A stretch of 64,000 nucleotides of DNA from Candidatus Poribacteria bacterium. Its GTDB lineage: Bacteria > Poribacteria > WGA-4E > WGA-3G. The notes under the pieces are model-generated. The model made no database searches and was not told the DNA's origin. It worked only from the letters and a program-made list of their open reading frames with translations. Position 1 is the stretch's first letter. Each line of letters starts with the position of its first letter. Where the stretch lies: positions 1,120,001 to 1,184,000 of the forward strand of contig CAXXLX010000001.1 of assembly GCA_963665235.2 (NCBI GenBank). Reading direction: 5' to 3'. Of the stretch, positions 10,155 to 20,297 are shown in pieces. The translations under genes and the position numbers were made by a program.

Positions 10155-10640
10155 CTAATACGGGACCTGCATTCCACGGTATAATTCCGGCTCCTTGTAA
10201 TCCTTACGTAGCGGATATCCTTCCCAATCATCGGGGAGTAGGATGCGGCGGAGGTCGCTGTGTCCCTCAAATACAATTCCGTAAAGGTCAAAAGTTTCTC
10301 GTTCGTGCCAATTTGCGGTTTTCCAGATATGTTCGACAGTCGGAAGCCGCGGGTCCGTTTTGGAAACAAGGGTTTTGATAACGACCTTGGAGCGGTGTTG
10401 CATAGAGTAGAGATGATAGACGACTTCAAAATTCTCCTCTTTTGTGCCGAGGTCAACCCCGCTCAGACACATTAGGGAATCGAACGCCAATGTATCGGTT
10501 TCGGCGAGATATATGCACACCTCGGCGACTGCCGAAGCGGCGATGCTGATGTTCGGGTCGCCAGCCTGTTCCGTGTCAAAACTGAGAACGGCTTCACCAA
10601 ACTGCTCGGCAAGTGTCTGATAAATCGCTTCGAGGTTCAC
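10155..10640 (-). CDS. nuoC: NADH-quinone oxidoreductase subunit C
   Basis: ANWHERETFDLYGIVFEGHSDLRRILLP..GYPLRKDY. Confidence 0.95.
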   Translation of the reverse strand: MNLEAIYQTLAEQFGEAVLSFDTEQAGDPNISIAASAVAEVCIYLAETDTLAFDSLMCLSGVDLGTKEENFEVVYHLYSMQHRSKVVIKTLVSKTDPRLPTVEHIWKTANWHERETFDLYGIVFEGHSDLRRILLPDDWEGYPLRKDYKEPELYRGMQVPY

Positions 10641-10666
10641 GTTCTTATTTACTCCTTATCTGTCCG

Positions 10667-11269
10667 CTATTCGCTGGGTTGTGCTGTTTCTTCTGCTGCT
10701 TCTTCCGCTGCTTCCGCTTCAGCCTCGGCTGCTTCCTTCTCATACCATTCCGTTTTTGTAAGAAGCTTTTTCAGAAACGGAACATGGGCGCGTTTTGCAA
10801 CGGTTTGCGTTTTAATCTTTTCCTGCAATTTGAGCAGCCCTTCAATGAGTGCTTCCGGACGCGGCGGACAACCCGGGACATAAACGTCAACGGGAATGAT
10901 TCTATCGACCCCTTTGAGGACATGATAACCGTGCTGCCAATAGGGGCCTCCACTGGTTGCACAGCTGCCCATTGAAATGACGTACTTCGGTTCAGGCATC
11001 TGTTCATAGAGTCGCTTAATGCGGGTTGCCATTTTTAGTGTCACTGTGCCGGAGATAACCATCAAGTCAGATTGGCGTGGTGTTGCTCTGGGTACCCCCG
11101 CTCCAAAGCGATCTAAGTCGTAGTTAGATGCGGCTGTTGCCATAAATTCGATTGCGCAGCATGCAAGCCCAAAAGTCATGGGCCAGAGTGCGGAGGCGCG
11201 TGCCCAATTTGCGACTGCGTCAATGGAGGTAACAATAACATTTTTGTCAAGTTTCTCATCAATTATCAT
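10667..11269 (-). CDS. nuoB: NADH-quinone oxidoreductase subunit B
   Basis: FGLACCAIE and [12 protein letters not shown] motifs. Confidence 0.95.
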   Translation of the reverse strand: MIIDEKLDKNVIVTSIDAVANWARASALWPMTFGLACCAIEFMATAASNYDLDRFGAGVPRATPRQSDLMVISGTVTLKMATRIKRLYEQMPEPKYVISMGSCATSGGPYWQHGYHVLKGVDRIIPVDVYVPGCPPRPEALIEGLLKLQEKIKTQTVAKRAHVPFLKKLLTKTEWYEKEAAEAEAEAAEEAAEETAQPSE

Positions 11270-11670
11270 GCACTTTCCTCCCTTCGGAGGGATTGCACGG
11301 CTTGTTGTGTGCCTCTAATCCACTCCAGGTCGCCTTTTGCCCAGACGTAGGCAAGGCCGATTAGTAAGATAGCGATGAAGACAAGCATCTCTACAAAAGC
11401 AAAGAGTCCTAGGCTCCGGAAGACGACCGCCCATGGAAAAAGGAACACGACTTCCACGTCGAAGATTAAGAAGATGAGTGCGATGACGTAAAAGCGCGTA
11501 TTAAACTTAATTCGCGTGTCCCCGATTGGGTCTTCGCCGCATTCATAAGGGATGTATTTTTCGCCTGAGAACAGTTTCGTATGCAGCAGACGAGAAATTG
11601 TCAAGTTTAGTACGACAAATAAACATCCGACGACTAAAAAAATGAGTACGTTGGCAAAGTGAAAAATCAT
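11266..11670 (-). CDS. nuoA: NADH-quinone oxidoreductase subunit A
   Basis: PYECG and [15 protein letters not shown] motifs. Confidence 0.95.
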   Translation of the reverse strand: MIFHFANVLIFLVVGCLFVVLNLTISRLLHTKLFSGEKYIPYECGEDPIGDTRIKFNTRFYVIALIFLIFDVEVVFLFPWAVVFRSLGLFAFVEMLVFIAILLIGLAYVWAKGDLEWIRGTQQAVQSLRREESA

Positions 11671-11741
11671 AATACCATCCTAAAAAACTGAAGTTGCATG
11701 TGTCTTGCTCTTGGCGTGGCATCTTTAAATAACTCACTATC

Positions 11742-11770
11742 ATTATATACCAAATTGCATGTATTTGCAA
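11742..11770 (-). promoter_or_regulatory. sigma70-type promoter of the nuo operon
   Basis: TTGCAA-N17-TATAAT on the minus strand about 70 nt upstream of nuoA. Confidence 0.55.
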
Positions 11771-11953
11771 GAAAAAAAGTGTCAACTCACGAATTTCCGC
11801 AGGTTGGACTCACGAATTTCCGCAGGTCAAAAAAGCGTTCCCTCCGCAATTTTCATCTCGGCACAGCATTTCCTCTATTTTTTTCTTGCAATGCATCTTG
11901 AATTTTGTGATAATGTATCAGAATAGAAACGATTAGGTTGAAAGGAGCAGGAA

Positions 11954-12724
11954 ATGCTAAGATGTGATTACCACATTCATACGCAACTTTCCGGATGTGC
12001 GGACAACGCGTTGAGTATAGAGAAAATTATTCAATTTCAACAAGAACAAGGTATTGAAGTCATCGGCATAACTGACCACGACTACAGTTATCAAGCCGAA
12101 GTTAAAACGATTCAAGCTGCACAACAGGCGATTAAGGCAGCGGCACCTTCAATTGAGGTGTACTTCGGTGTAGAGGCACAGATGCTAGAATATCAGGCTA
12201 CGTCTATTAACATTCGTCTGGCATCGTATTTTGATTACGTCTTGATGGCTCCCAATCACTATCATCTGCGGGGGGTAGCACAACCTCGGAGTTTTTTTGA
12301 CCCTCGGCAGGTTGCACTTCACGAAATCTATATGTTTGAGGCAGCGGTTGCATGCCCAATTACCGATGCAATTGTCCATCCGTTCCTCCTCTCCCCCGAA
12401 GTTTTCCAATTTTCTAATGAGGAACTCGCTGCCTTTGGACAGGAGATGATGCAGAACATTGAAGAGAAACGTTTAATTTATCAACTCGACCTCGTCTCGC
12501 AGCGCGGCCTCGGCATTGAAATTAGCCCTAAGATGGTTCGTTACAATCAACTACATCTCACCGAATTTTATCAACGTTGCTTGGACCGTGATGTAAAACT
12601 TCTCATCGGGAGCGATGCCCATAGCGTAAAGCAGTTGGCGGAGCTATCGCTGCTATCCCCTATTCTAGAAGAATTGGGTGTTACAGAAGAACATCTCTGG
12701 CATCCGAATAGCCCCTCCCTTTAG
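11954..12724 (+). CDS. PHP domain phosphoesterase
   Basis: DYHIHT, GITDHD and GSDAH motifs. Confidence 0.85.
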   Translation: MLRCDYHIHTQLSGCADNALSIEKIIQFQQEQGIEVIGITDHDYSYQAEVKTIQAAQQAIKAAAPSIEVYFGVEAQMLEYQATSINIRLASYFDYVLMAPNHYHLRGVAQPRSFFDPRQVALHEIYMFEAAVACPITDAIVHPFLLSPEVFQFSNEELAAFGQEMMQNIEEKRLIYQLDLVSQRGLGIEISPKMVRYNQLHLTEFYQRCLDRDVKLLIGSDAHSVKQLAELSLLSPILEELGVTEEHLWHPNSPSL

Positions 12725-12769
12725 CATCCATTGGTCAAAATGGTTGCAGCACGCAGCACTATTCCGAAT

Positions 12770-13513
12770 CTATTTTAGGGTTAGCGAAATAGTGTTGGAT
12801 GAGAGCAACGTTTTGCCCCGCCGCGACTTGATAGGCAGATAAATACCTTGGAGTTTGTCCTTATATTTCTCCTGAATGTATTTAATCTGCTCTTGGGTAT
12901 CGCCAATCGCTTCTTTTTTGACTTCCGGTGTGAACCGTGCATCCTTACTATTTTTAATGTTCTGAATTTCGCGTTCCAACTCAATGACCTGCGGATGTTG
13001 GTCCGGCAAAGATTCCCGGTAGACCTCTAATTCAATATTAACCGCTACCGTGTATTTTCCTGGGGGCAGCTGATAATGCTGCTGCATGTCTTCCAATGAA
13101 ACAACCTGTATCGCGTCTGCCTTCATTTCAAATCCGAGAATACATCGGACATTTTTTCCGTTGTGGAAGAGGTTTTTGAGGGTATTTTCCCGCTTAATTG
13201 TACGTTTGGGTTTGATAACGTCACCGTTCGCATTTTCCACCGTGAGTCCAATAAAAGCAGTTTGCGCAGCAACGTTGGAAAACGGCACAAGGAGCTCGAA
13301 TTTACCGTTCTGAATTTTAAGTTCAAGTGGAACGGCTTCTTGGGCTGAATAACTCGGATTGGGTGTAGAGAGCTGAAGCTCTGCAAGGGTACTCGGTGCC
13401 GCTGTTTCCGAAGAATCGGTTGGCTCCTCAACCGACTGTGTTGTTTGCATGCTTCCAAGGCACCCACACAAATTAATAATTAGAAAAAGGTAAAAAAGTG
13501 TAAATCGTTTCAT
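12770..13513 (-). CDS. hypothetical exported protein / lipoprotein
   Basis: Signal peptide with lipobox-like LCGC. Confidence 0.7.
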   Translation of the reverse strand: MKRFTLFYLFLIINLCGCLGSMQTTQSVEEPTDSSETAAPSTLAELQLSTPNPSYSAQEAVPLELKIQNGKFELLVPFSNVAAQTAFIGLTVENANGDVIKPKRTIKRENTLKNLFHNGKNVRCILGFEMKADAIQVVSLEDMQQHYQLPPGKYTVAVNIELEVYRESLPDQHPQVIELEREIQNIKNSKDARFTPEVKKEAIGDTQEQIKYIQEKYKDKLQGIYLPIKSRRGKTLLSSNTISLTLK

Positions 13514-13567
13514 CGTAATTCGCAGTTTGGAAATCCAAACCGCCCTCCTAAAAGTTGTTTATATGTC

Positions 13568-13705
13568 ATTGGCAATTAGCAATTGGCGATTGGCAGAAAG
13601 GAGAAATAGATGAAAATCTGCGATTTTCATTATTTTCTCTCCTGGCAAGATGTTGTGATTCTAAGCAGGTTTCTGACGCGCGTGCATCTACCTCTTCCTC
13701 TTGCC
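13568..13705 (+). repeat. heptamer-arm repeat element (related copies at ~16365-16420, ~38400-38440, 42418-42543, ~51600-51636, 52006-52131, 61260-61360)
   Basis: Arms of GCAATTG/GCGATTG/GCTATTG heptamers plus shared core TGGCAAGAT..TGATTCTAA..ACGCGCGT..CTCTT..TTGCCAA. Confidence 0.6.
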
Positions 13706-13767
13706 AACGGTTTCCAAATAAAAGGGAAACATAGCGGGCGAGGTGACCTCGCCCCTACGAGCCTAGA

Positions 13768-14898
13768 CTACGGGAAAAAATCGCGTGTCTTCAATTTTCC
13801 GTGTAAGTCCTGTGGGAATTCAAGCGACACGCCAAAGCCCGCTTCGGTGGGTACTTCAATAAACCCCTCGACAATTCGTTCAGGCGGCGTAAGGAGGGTA
13901 CCGCGCCACTCTACTTCCCCCCAGGCGTATTCAAGGATTGCAAAGTTTGGTATACTCGCCACACACTGTACACTCGCCGCGGTGGCAACAGGCCCACTCG
14001 GGTTGTGTGGCGTTACCGCAATATTCACCGATGCAGCCAGCCCGGCTATCTTTTTCAATCCCAATAATCCCCCGACGTGTTTAACATCCGGCAGGATATA
14101 GTCAACCTGCCCCTGGTTCAGCAGTCTATGGAAATCTACGAGAGTACGCAACTGTTCGCCTGTTGCAATTGGCATAGACGTAGATTGACTCACATGTGCA
14201 AGGGCAGCTAAGTCTGTCAATGGCACCGGGTCTTCAATCCAGAACAGCTGTAGGTCATCCAATTCCTTAGCTGTCTGAATGATAAGTCCCGGGTTAAAAC
14301 GGCTGTGACAATCTACCATGAGGTCAATATCGGGTCCAATTGCGGCACGAATGGCGCGAATCCGTTCTATACCAAGTCGAATAGCAGGCGTGAGCGTGCC
14401 TTTTGAGATATTCTTGACAGAGACATCGTCAAAAGGGGCACATTTTATTGCAGTAAATCCCTCTGCGACCGCCTGCTCGGCATTTCGGGCAAAGCCGAGC
14501 GGGCTCCTATCGGTTGTTGCACGGTTGATATTCGCATAAAGCCGGACCTTTTCACGACATTTGCCCCCTAACAATTGATAACTCGGAATTTTTAACGTTT
14601 TACCCGCTAAATCCCACATGGCCTGTTCAATTCCGCTGATTGCGGTATGATAGGCGTGCCCTTCCGATTCTCGGTAAAAACGCTGGCGAAATGCCTCTAA
14701 CTGCAACACATTCCATCCGATAAGCGAGGGGGCAAAGGTGCGAATCAGTTCCATGATACGTTCATCATCGCCGCCATGTGACGCTTCACCGATTCCAATC
14801 GTTCCATCCTCGGCATGGAGCTTGACGAAAAGCCAACCGCCTCTATGATTGACATCAATTTTTATCACCTCTATCGCTTTAATGTCTATCGCTTGCAT
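13768..14898 (-). CDS. mandelate racemase/muconate lactonizing (enolase superfamily) enzyme, galactonate dehydratase-like
   Basis: AISGIEQAMWDLAGK, LMVDCH, WIEDP, ATGE and PHNPSGP motifs. Confidence 0.88.
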   Translation of the reverse strand: MQAIDIKAIEVIKIDVNHRGGWLFVKLHAEDGTIGIGEASHGGDDERIMELIRTFAPSLIGWNVLQLEAFRQRFYRESEGHAYHTAISGIEQAMWDLAGKTLKIPSYQLLGGKCREKVRLYANINRATTDRSPLGFARNAEQAVAEGFTAIKCAPFDDVSVKNISKGTLTPAIRLGIERIRAIRAAIGPDIDLMVDCHSRFNPGLIIQTAKELDDLQLFWIEDPVPLTDLAALAHVSQSTSMPIATGEQLRTLVDFHRLLNQGQVDYILPDVKHVGGLLGLKKIAGLAASVNIAVTPHNPSGPVATAASVQCVASIPNFAILEYAWGEVEWRGTLLTPPERIVEGFIEVPTEAGFGVSLEFPQDLHGKLKTRDFFP

Positions 14899-14952
14899 TT
14901 TATGTGTCCCTTAATATTACGACGCGGCACGGAATTCACGCGCAATTTGTCT

Positions 14953-15600
14953 TTATGACGCTGATGCCCATTTTACCGCTTGTGTGATGAATTTCTGCAT
15001 AGCGGGCCGTTCAAAGGTGCCAGGGCCATGCCCTAACGTTGTGTAAAAGACGCGCCCTGAACCGTAGGGTTTAGCCCACGCCATCGGGTGTGCTTTCCCG
15101 AACCATTCCGCTGTTGCCAACACATGGATATGCGGGTCATGCGCGGAGATATAGATTTCATCCTCTACGTCAAAATCGGCAACGCCTTGAGTTGTCGGAT
15201 GGTCATGGTCTTCGATACGCACAGTGAACGTTGAGCCCGGCGGGTGCCAGTTCGCATGTCCGCCGATAAGGTCAACAGCACGCCCACCAATCCACCATGC
15301 AGTGCCGTGAATGCCGACTAAACCTTTGCCATCATGGACAAATTGGAACAAGCCATCTTCTTCCGCCGATGTTAAATCCGCGACGCGTGCGACGGTCCCA
15401 TCTTCCTGCCGCTCCGAGCGGGTAAAGCCGGTGCCAAAGACACAGGCATCGTAGGCATCCAGCTCATCGGACGCTAAAATCTCTTTATCTTCGGTTAATG
15501 TCACTGTAAGGTTTGTATCTGCAGCGAGAAAACTGTGAATGACACTAGCACTCGCATTAAAACGGTGGTTTTCGCCAGATAGCACGAGAACTTTTGACAC
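14953..15600 (-). CDS. ThuA-like (trehalose utilization) domain protein
   Basis: GKGLVGIH, DEIY and GRVFYTTLGH motifs; GTG start after GGAGG. Confidence 0.85.
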   Translation of the reverse strand: MSKVLVLSGENHRFNASASVIHSFLAADTNLTVTLTEDKEILASDELDAYDACVFGTGFTRSERQEDGTVARVADLTSAEEDGLFQFVHDGKGLVGIHGTAWWIGGRAVDLIGGHANWHPPGSTFTVRIEDHDHPTTQGVADFDVEDEIYISAHDPHIHVLATAEWFGKAHPMAWAKPYGSGRVFYTTLGHGPGTFERPAMQKFITQAVKWASAS

Positions 15601-15691
15601 AATTTGCCTCCTTAATAACATGGCACAAGTGCCGTTGTTATGCTGAAAAATAAAATTTGAATTGCACTTTAACGCTCAAAAGATAGTATAA

Positions 15692-15720
15692 TTGAAAAGC
15701 GAAAGTGTGTCAATAGGTGT
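15692..15720 (-). promoter_or_regulatory. sigma70-type promoter for the ThuA/enolase genes
   Basis: TTGACA-N17-TATACT on the minus strand; coordinates approximate. Confidence 0.6.
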
Positions 15721-16059
15721 GTAAAGTTTTTGTACAAAACCGGTGGAAATGTTACACTTTTGACACAAAGTGTAACTTTTGGTTTTCGGTTTTGAATGTG
15801 CCTGAACGCACGCCGCGTCTATGTTTTCAAGCGTTTTTGCCCTCTCTTTTTCGCGACACAAAAAAAACGTGTTGTGTCATTTCGGCTGACGATTTCGGTT
15901 ATCAGTCCTGCCTACTTTTCTTATCGTTCTGCCTGCTACTTTTTGGTGCTGTTCCGGTGGAAATGTTACACTTTTGACACACGCTATCGATGTCTGGTCA
16001 GGTGAGTTGCAAACCGTGCCGCTTCCCTCTCAAAAATGTTTTGGTTTTCTGTTATGTTA

Positions 16060-16325
16060 TACCATTTTTATTAATTATCCTATCATTACCGGTCGTTAGA
16101 AATGAAACGGAGAACGGAAGACACAAACTGGAAGTTTATGCTACAAGACCGCACAAACTGGAAGTTTATGCTACAAGACCGCACAAACTGGAAGTTTATG
16201 CTACAAGACCGCACAAACTGGAAGTTTATGCTACAAGACCGCACAAACTGGAAGTTTATGCTACAAGACCGCACAAACTGGAAGTTTATGCTACAATAAA
16301 GAGACATTTCCAATTAGAAATGGTA
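16060..16325. mobile_element. MITE-A copy 1 with 6 x 30-bp internal REP-like units
   Basis: Ends TACCATTTTTATT...AATTAGAAATGGTA, TTA duplicated on both sides, unit CACAAACTGGAAGTTTATGCTACAAGACCG. Confidence 0.85.
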
Positions 16326-16461
16326 TTAGTTGCGAACTGTTTGATTTTTCTTCATAAAAAATATCATTGGCGCATTGGCGATTAGCGAGTGGCGATTGGC
16401 AATTTGGCAAGAGGTTAGAACAAACGGACATTTATTATCAAGCTCGCGTAGGAATAAAAAG

Positions 16462-19374
16462 TTATGACTCCAGCTGCACCTTCGATTTTTTCCCACCGTG
16501 AATGCTCGGCTCTTTGGATAGCATGTTGCGAAGCAGGGCAAGCCCCTCATGCACATCGGGACGCTCTGTCTCCGTAATGCCCAGCACGTCTGATAACAGG
16601 AGTCGGTCAAGTTCGTGACGCACTGGGTCGTCATCTATCTGGTTGAACGGTAACATCTTTTGATGCTTGAGCTGATTGAAAATACGCTCGGCAGTGGTGA
16701 GTGCTTCATCGGAGAGTTTACGGACATCCAGGGTAGGCATGGCGTTAAAAGTGGCTCGACTGAGCACGCCTCGTCCCGGTTGTTGTTTACCGCTTTGATA
16801 GTAGTGACAGAGTAAACCAAGCGTTGAATTGCCCCACAAGGTCCACGCGTATTCATGGCTTTTATTATCAAAAACGACATTCGGCAGTTTATTCACGCCG
16901 ATAGCATTCTCCGCAGTAAACATCACCAATAAAGAATTCGCATTGAACCGTAATTCTGTGTTGTAATGCACGCGTCCGTTCAATTTCATGATTTTTTGAA
17001 CCTTTTCAGCCGAATTCGGTCGAGGGTGCGCGTGGGCATTCGGGGGGACAAGCATTGCGCGCTGCGTATCGGAGTCCGAATCGAGATGCCATAGACACGG
17101 ATATATTGCAGTGTCAGGACATCCGTTCTCTGCGTCAAAAGCCCCTCGGCCATCACCACCTATTATATCCTTCGTTCCAATTCCTAGCGTTGCAATTTCA
17201 GATACCGGTCGTATCATGAGTTGGATATCGGAGGTTTGTCGGGGAAGGCGTAACACGCTATGCGCGAGATGGTGGGCAGATTGAACGACGGTCATGTCTT
17301 TAACCCGTGAGAGCGGCCATCCCGCCTCGTTCTGAATAATAGGGGCGGTGATAGCGTGTCCGAGCGTCTCATCTCCTATTCTGATAGGGGTGCCCCCGCT
17401 AAGTATGTCATCGTCAAGTTGGCGCGCATCCTTAATGCGGTGGAGCTCTTTTGCAATTTCCAACGCCTCTAGCGGCCCGGCAGGACATCGCTTAAGGCAC
17501 ACGAACGTTCCCGTTCCCGTGTTTCTGTTTCTATGTCCCTTTGTAGCAATGACGAGACACTCCGCCATCTCTGTATCTGCCGAAAAGGCGCATGCCTTAA
17601 TGTCGGCATCGGCGACCGTAATGACAAGGACATTGTGATATTCTGAGGCCCATAACTTTCGCACCTTTTGCCAACTACTTCCCGTGATAGCTGTGACAGG
17701 CAGCACAAATGCCATTTTGCCGTTTCGCTTGAGCATCCTGTCTGCCAAATCGACAAAATAGGGGCCGAGTCCAGGGTTGTTTCCTGTCAGGCGGCACTTC
17801 TGTACCTTGCGCGCAGCTCGCATTTTTGCAGCCTCTTTTTTATCGCCGAAAATACTTTTGGGCATGTTAGAATTTCCATCTGCACCGCTTCGCGTATAGG
17901 GTGGATTTTGGATAACGATGTCAAATTCGCCATGTTTGAACGCATCCCGGAGCTCGGTTGTTTCAGTGCCCTGTCCAGTGGCGGTTTCTGCCGTTCCCAA
18001 TTTCAAAGGAAGTGTTCCCGCTGGGTCGCTGAGCAGATTGAGGGCCCCGATGCTGTAGAGGCCGTCTTTACGTTGTGTCCCGTAAGGCATCGTGTGGATG
18101 CGCGTGCCACCGATACGTACGTCAGGATATGTGCTGGCAATGATGGAGGCGGTCAGGTGTGCGGCGTTCGGCAAAATGTCACACCCGACGAGGTTATGCT
18201 CCATCATATATTGATGGATAGTCTCGCCTTTACCCCCCGCCTGCTCGTAAAGCATCAGCAAACGTTGGTAAACCCCGTTGAGAAGCGAACCGGTACCACA
18301 AGCGAAGTCTGCGATTTTTAGTTTTTTAGCATCTCTCTTGAGTTCTGGTAACGCGAGGGCACAGAGCAGTGCCGAGGATTCGGGACGGGTGTAGTTCGCC
18401 TTGAGAATTTTCCGATTGGCGATGAGTTTCTGGAAGACGATGCCCGCGAGTTCATGTTCCTGTGCAAGCCCCATCTTCTCTAATTCACGGGCGGTATCGC
18501 GCAGCACGCTCAACACCTCACCGACAAGTTTATCATCGGCTGCAAGCACTTCGACGAGATTGTAGGCGACGTTGAAAATCGGGGCATAATTCACCTTTTG
18601 AATGTCCCGCCATGCGCGCAGGACTTCGTCTGAATCGAGCTGCCCATAATCAGCAGTAAGTTCACTGAGAGAGGGGATAGTTTCCAGGTCCGGCTTGCGT
18701 GCGAGGGAGCTCTGAAACACCAGCGCGTTGCTGATGATAAGCATCGCCATCTGTGTTGCCTGTTTGCCGGGCTCCTGTACGAGAAGTTGTGCTATTTTTT
18801 CGCCGATATGTGGTCGCTGTTGAATTGCGCTGTTCACGATAACGGCGGCGCGGTAGATACCGTTTTCTAACACTTCGGCGGCTCTCTCTATTTTGGCAAT
18901 AGGGGTTGCCCCGATGCGGATAGCGGTTGCAATGTCGGCGATGCTGCCTTGAAGCCAACCTTTTTTGGGAAATCTGTAGGGTTCATCAACGCTTAGCAGT
19001 GTGTATGCGAAATCTTTTGCCTTTTCTAAGTGCTCGCGTATTTCGGGGCGCGGCATTGTGCGGAACCTATGTGGTACGCGGATTGCTATTGCACTATTAA
19101 GCGTTTCCCGTGTCATGCCGAGTGTTTTACCAAGGTATTGTTCACGGGCCTGTTTTTCACCGGTTTCATTGGGCCCGCGCTGGGTGTCGATTTTGACTTC
19201 AACCGCCATCGGGTATCGTTCGATTGTGCGGATGATGGCATCCGGTTTGCTCTGATTTTCTACGAACGGTTTTGTTGTCTGCTCGTGGATATGCCACGTG
19301 GCACTCATCGGCATCAGGATTTCGACAAATAGGGTGGTGATAGTGTTTTCACTGTTGGTGTGTTGGTGGTTCAT
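16462..19374 (-). CDS. fused restriction endonuclease / N6-adenine methyltransferase (type IIG/IIL-like)
   Basis: N-terminal PD...EVK nuclease motif, DFACGTGSLL (motif I), NPPY (motif IV), long C-terminal putative specificity region. Confidence 0.8.
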   Translation of the reverse strand: MNHQHTNSENTITTLFVEILMPMSATWHIHEQTTKPFVENQSKPDAIIRTIERYPMAVEVKIDTQRGPNETGEKQAREQYLGKTLGMTRETLNSAIAIRVPHRFRTMPRPEIREHLEKAKDFAYTLLSVDEPYRFPKKGWLQGSIADIATAIRIGATPIAKIERAAEVLENGIYRAAVIVNSAIQQRPHIGEKIAQLLVQEPGKQATQMAMLIISNALVFQSSLARKPDLETIPSLSELTADYGQLDSDEVLRAWRDIQKVNYAPIFNVAYNLVEVLAADDKLVGEVLSVLRDTARELEKMGLAQEHELAGIVFQKLIANRKILKANYTRPESSALLCALALPELKRDAKKLKIADFACGTGSLLNGVYQRLLMLYEQAGGKGETIHQYMMEHNLVGCDILPNAAHLTASIIASTYPDVRIGGTRIHTMPYGTQRKDGLYSIGALNLLSDPAGTLPLKLGTAETATGQGTETTELRDAFKHGEFDIVIQNPPYTRSGADGNSNMPKSIFGDKKEAAKMRAARKVQKCRLTGNNPGLGPYFVDLADRMLKRNGKMAFVLPVTAITGSSWQKVRKLWASEYHNVLVITVADADIKACAFSADTEMAECLVIATKGHRNRNTGTGTFVCLKRCPAGPLEALEIAKELHRIKDARQLDDDILSGGTPIRIGDETLGHAITAPIIQNEAGWPLSRVKDMTVVQSAHHLAHSVLRLPRQTSDIQLMIRPVSEIATLGIGTKDIIGGDGRGAFDAENGCPDTAIYPCLWHLDSDSDTQRAMLVPPNAHAHPRPNSAEKVQKIMKLNGRVHYNTELRFNANSLLVMFTAENAIGVNKLPNVVFDNKSHEYAWTLWGNSTLGLLCHYYQSGKQQPGRGVLSRATFNAMPTLDVRKLSDEALTTAERIFNQLKHQKMLPFNQIDDDPVRHELDRLLLSDVLGITETERPDVHEGLALLRNMLSKEPSIHGGKKSKVQLES

Positions 19375-19446
19375 GGGTTTTCCCTATTTTACGACTTGTG
19401 CCAGTTAATTAATTGTTTTTGTTGTTTTCACAGATATTTGACATCC

Positions 19447-20290
19447 ATATAAACATATCGTCCCTACCGGACTAAGAGGAGGACAGAAACCGTCGCTTCT
19501 ATAAATATACTGTAGTTTGGGCAATATCTGTGAGCCTGATGCCCGATTTTCAAAGCATTTCTGATTTTTTCTCACAGTTGCTCACACAAGGACAACTTGT
19601 AGAAAATAGACTCGAATGCACGGAAGCGCAGCCCCAGCGGGGCGGAATGTTTATAGAAGAACGCAACCCCCTCACAACCTAGCCCCAGCGGGGCGGAATG
19701 TTTATAGAAGGACGCAAACCCCTCACAACCTAGCCCCAGCGGGGCGGAATGTTTATAGATTTTACCAAACCCCGCTTCTTTCCGCGTTCTCCGTGTTCTC
19801 CGTGCCTGCCGTGATTCAGACAACACACGCCAAATCCACCCTTCCAAACTTCCACCCTTCCCTTTGACAAAAACGTTGCCTGCTCCTAAAATTGTCCAAA
19901 GTTTAGTAAATATAACGCCCATATTGGGCTAAGAAGGGAGGGTGTGTGTCACGCTATAAACATAACGCCCATACTGGGCTAAGAGGAGGGGCGTTTTGGG
20001 TTTCTATAAAAATATCGTCCCTACGGGACTAAGAGGAGGGGCGGAAACCATCGCACCTATAAATATATCGTCCCTACGGGACTAAGAGGAGGACAGAAAC
20101 AACCGCACCTTGTTCTTTTCATTATTCCGCTCCAGCGGAGCGAGCCGTGAACACGATGAATCAGATAAATTTGGTATAAGAGGAGGGGCGGAAACCATCG
20201 CACCTATAAATATATCGTCCCTACGGGACTAAGAGGAGGACAGAAACAACCGCACCTATAAACATACCGCCCATACTGGGCTAAGAGGAG
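19447..20290. repeat. cluster of hairpin repeats, family C (TAGTCCCGTAGGGACGATAT.TTTATAG and variants) in both orientations
   Basis: About 10 copies of CTATAAA.AT...G(T/C)CCC...GGG(A/G)CTA; same family flanks the Y1 transposase at 58425. Confidence 0.8.
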
Positions 20291-20297
20291 GTCGGTC

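Noticed and set aside
16057-20179. Composite transposon carrying the RM gene between TACCA..TGGTA ends
   Set aside because: Outer trinucleotides differ (TTA versus TAA) and MITE-A copy 1 already has its own matching duplication.
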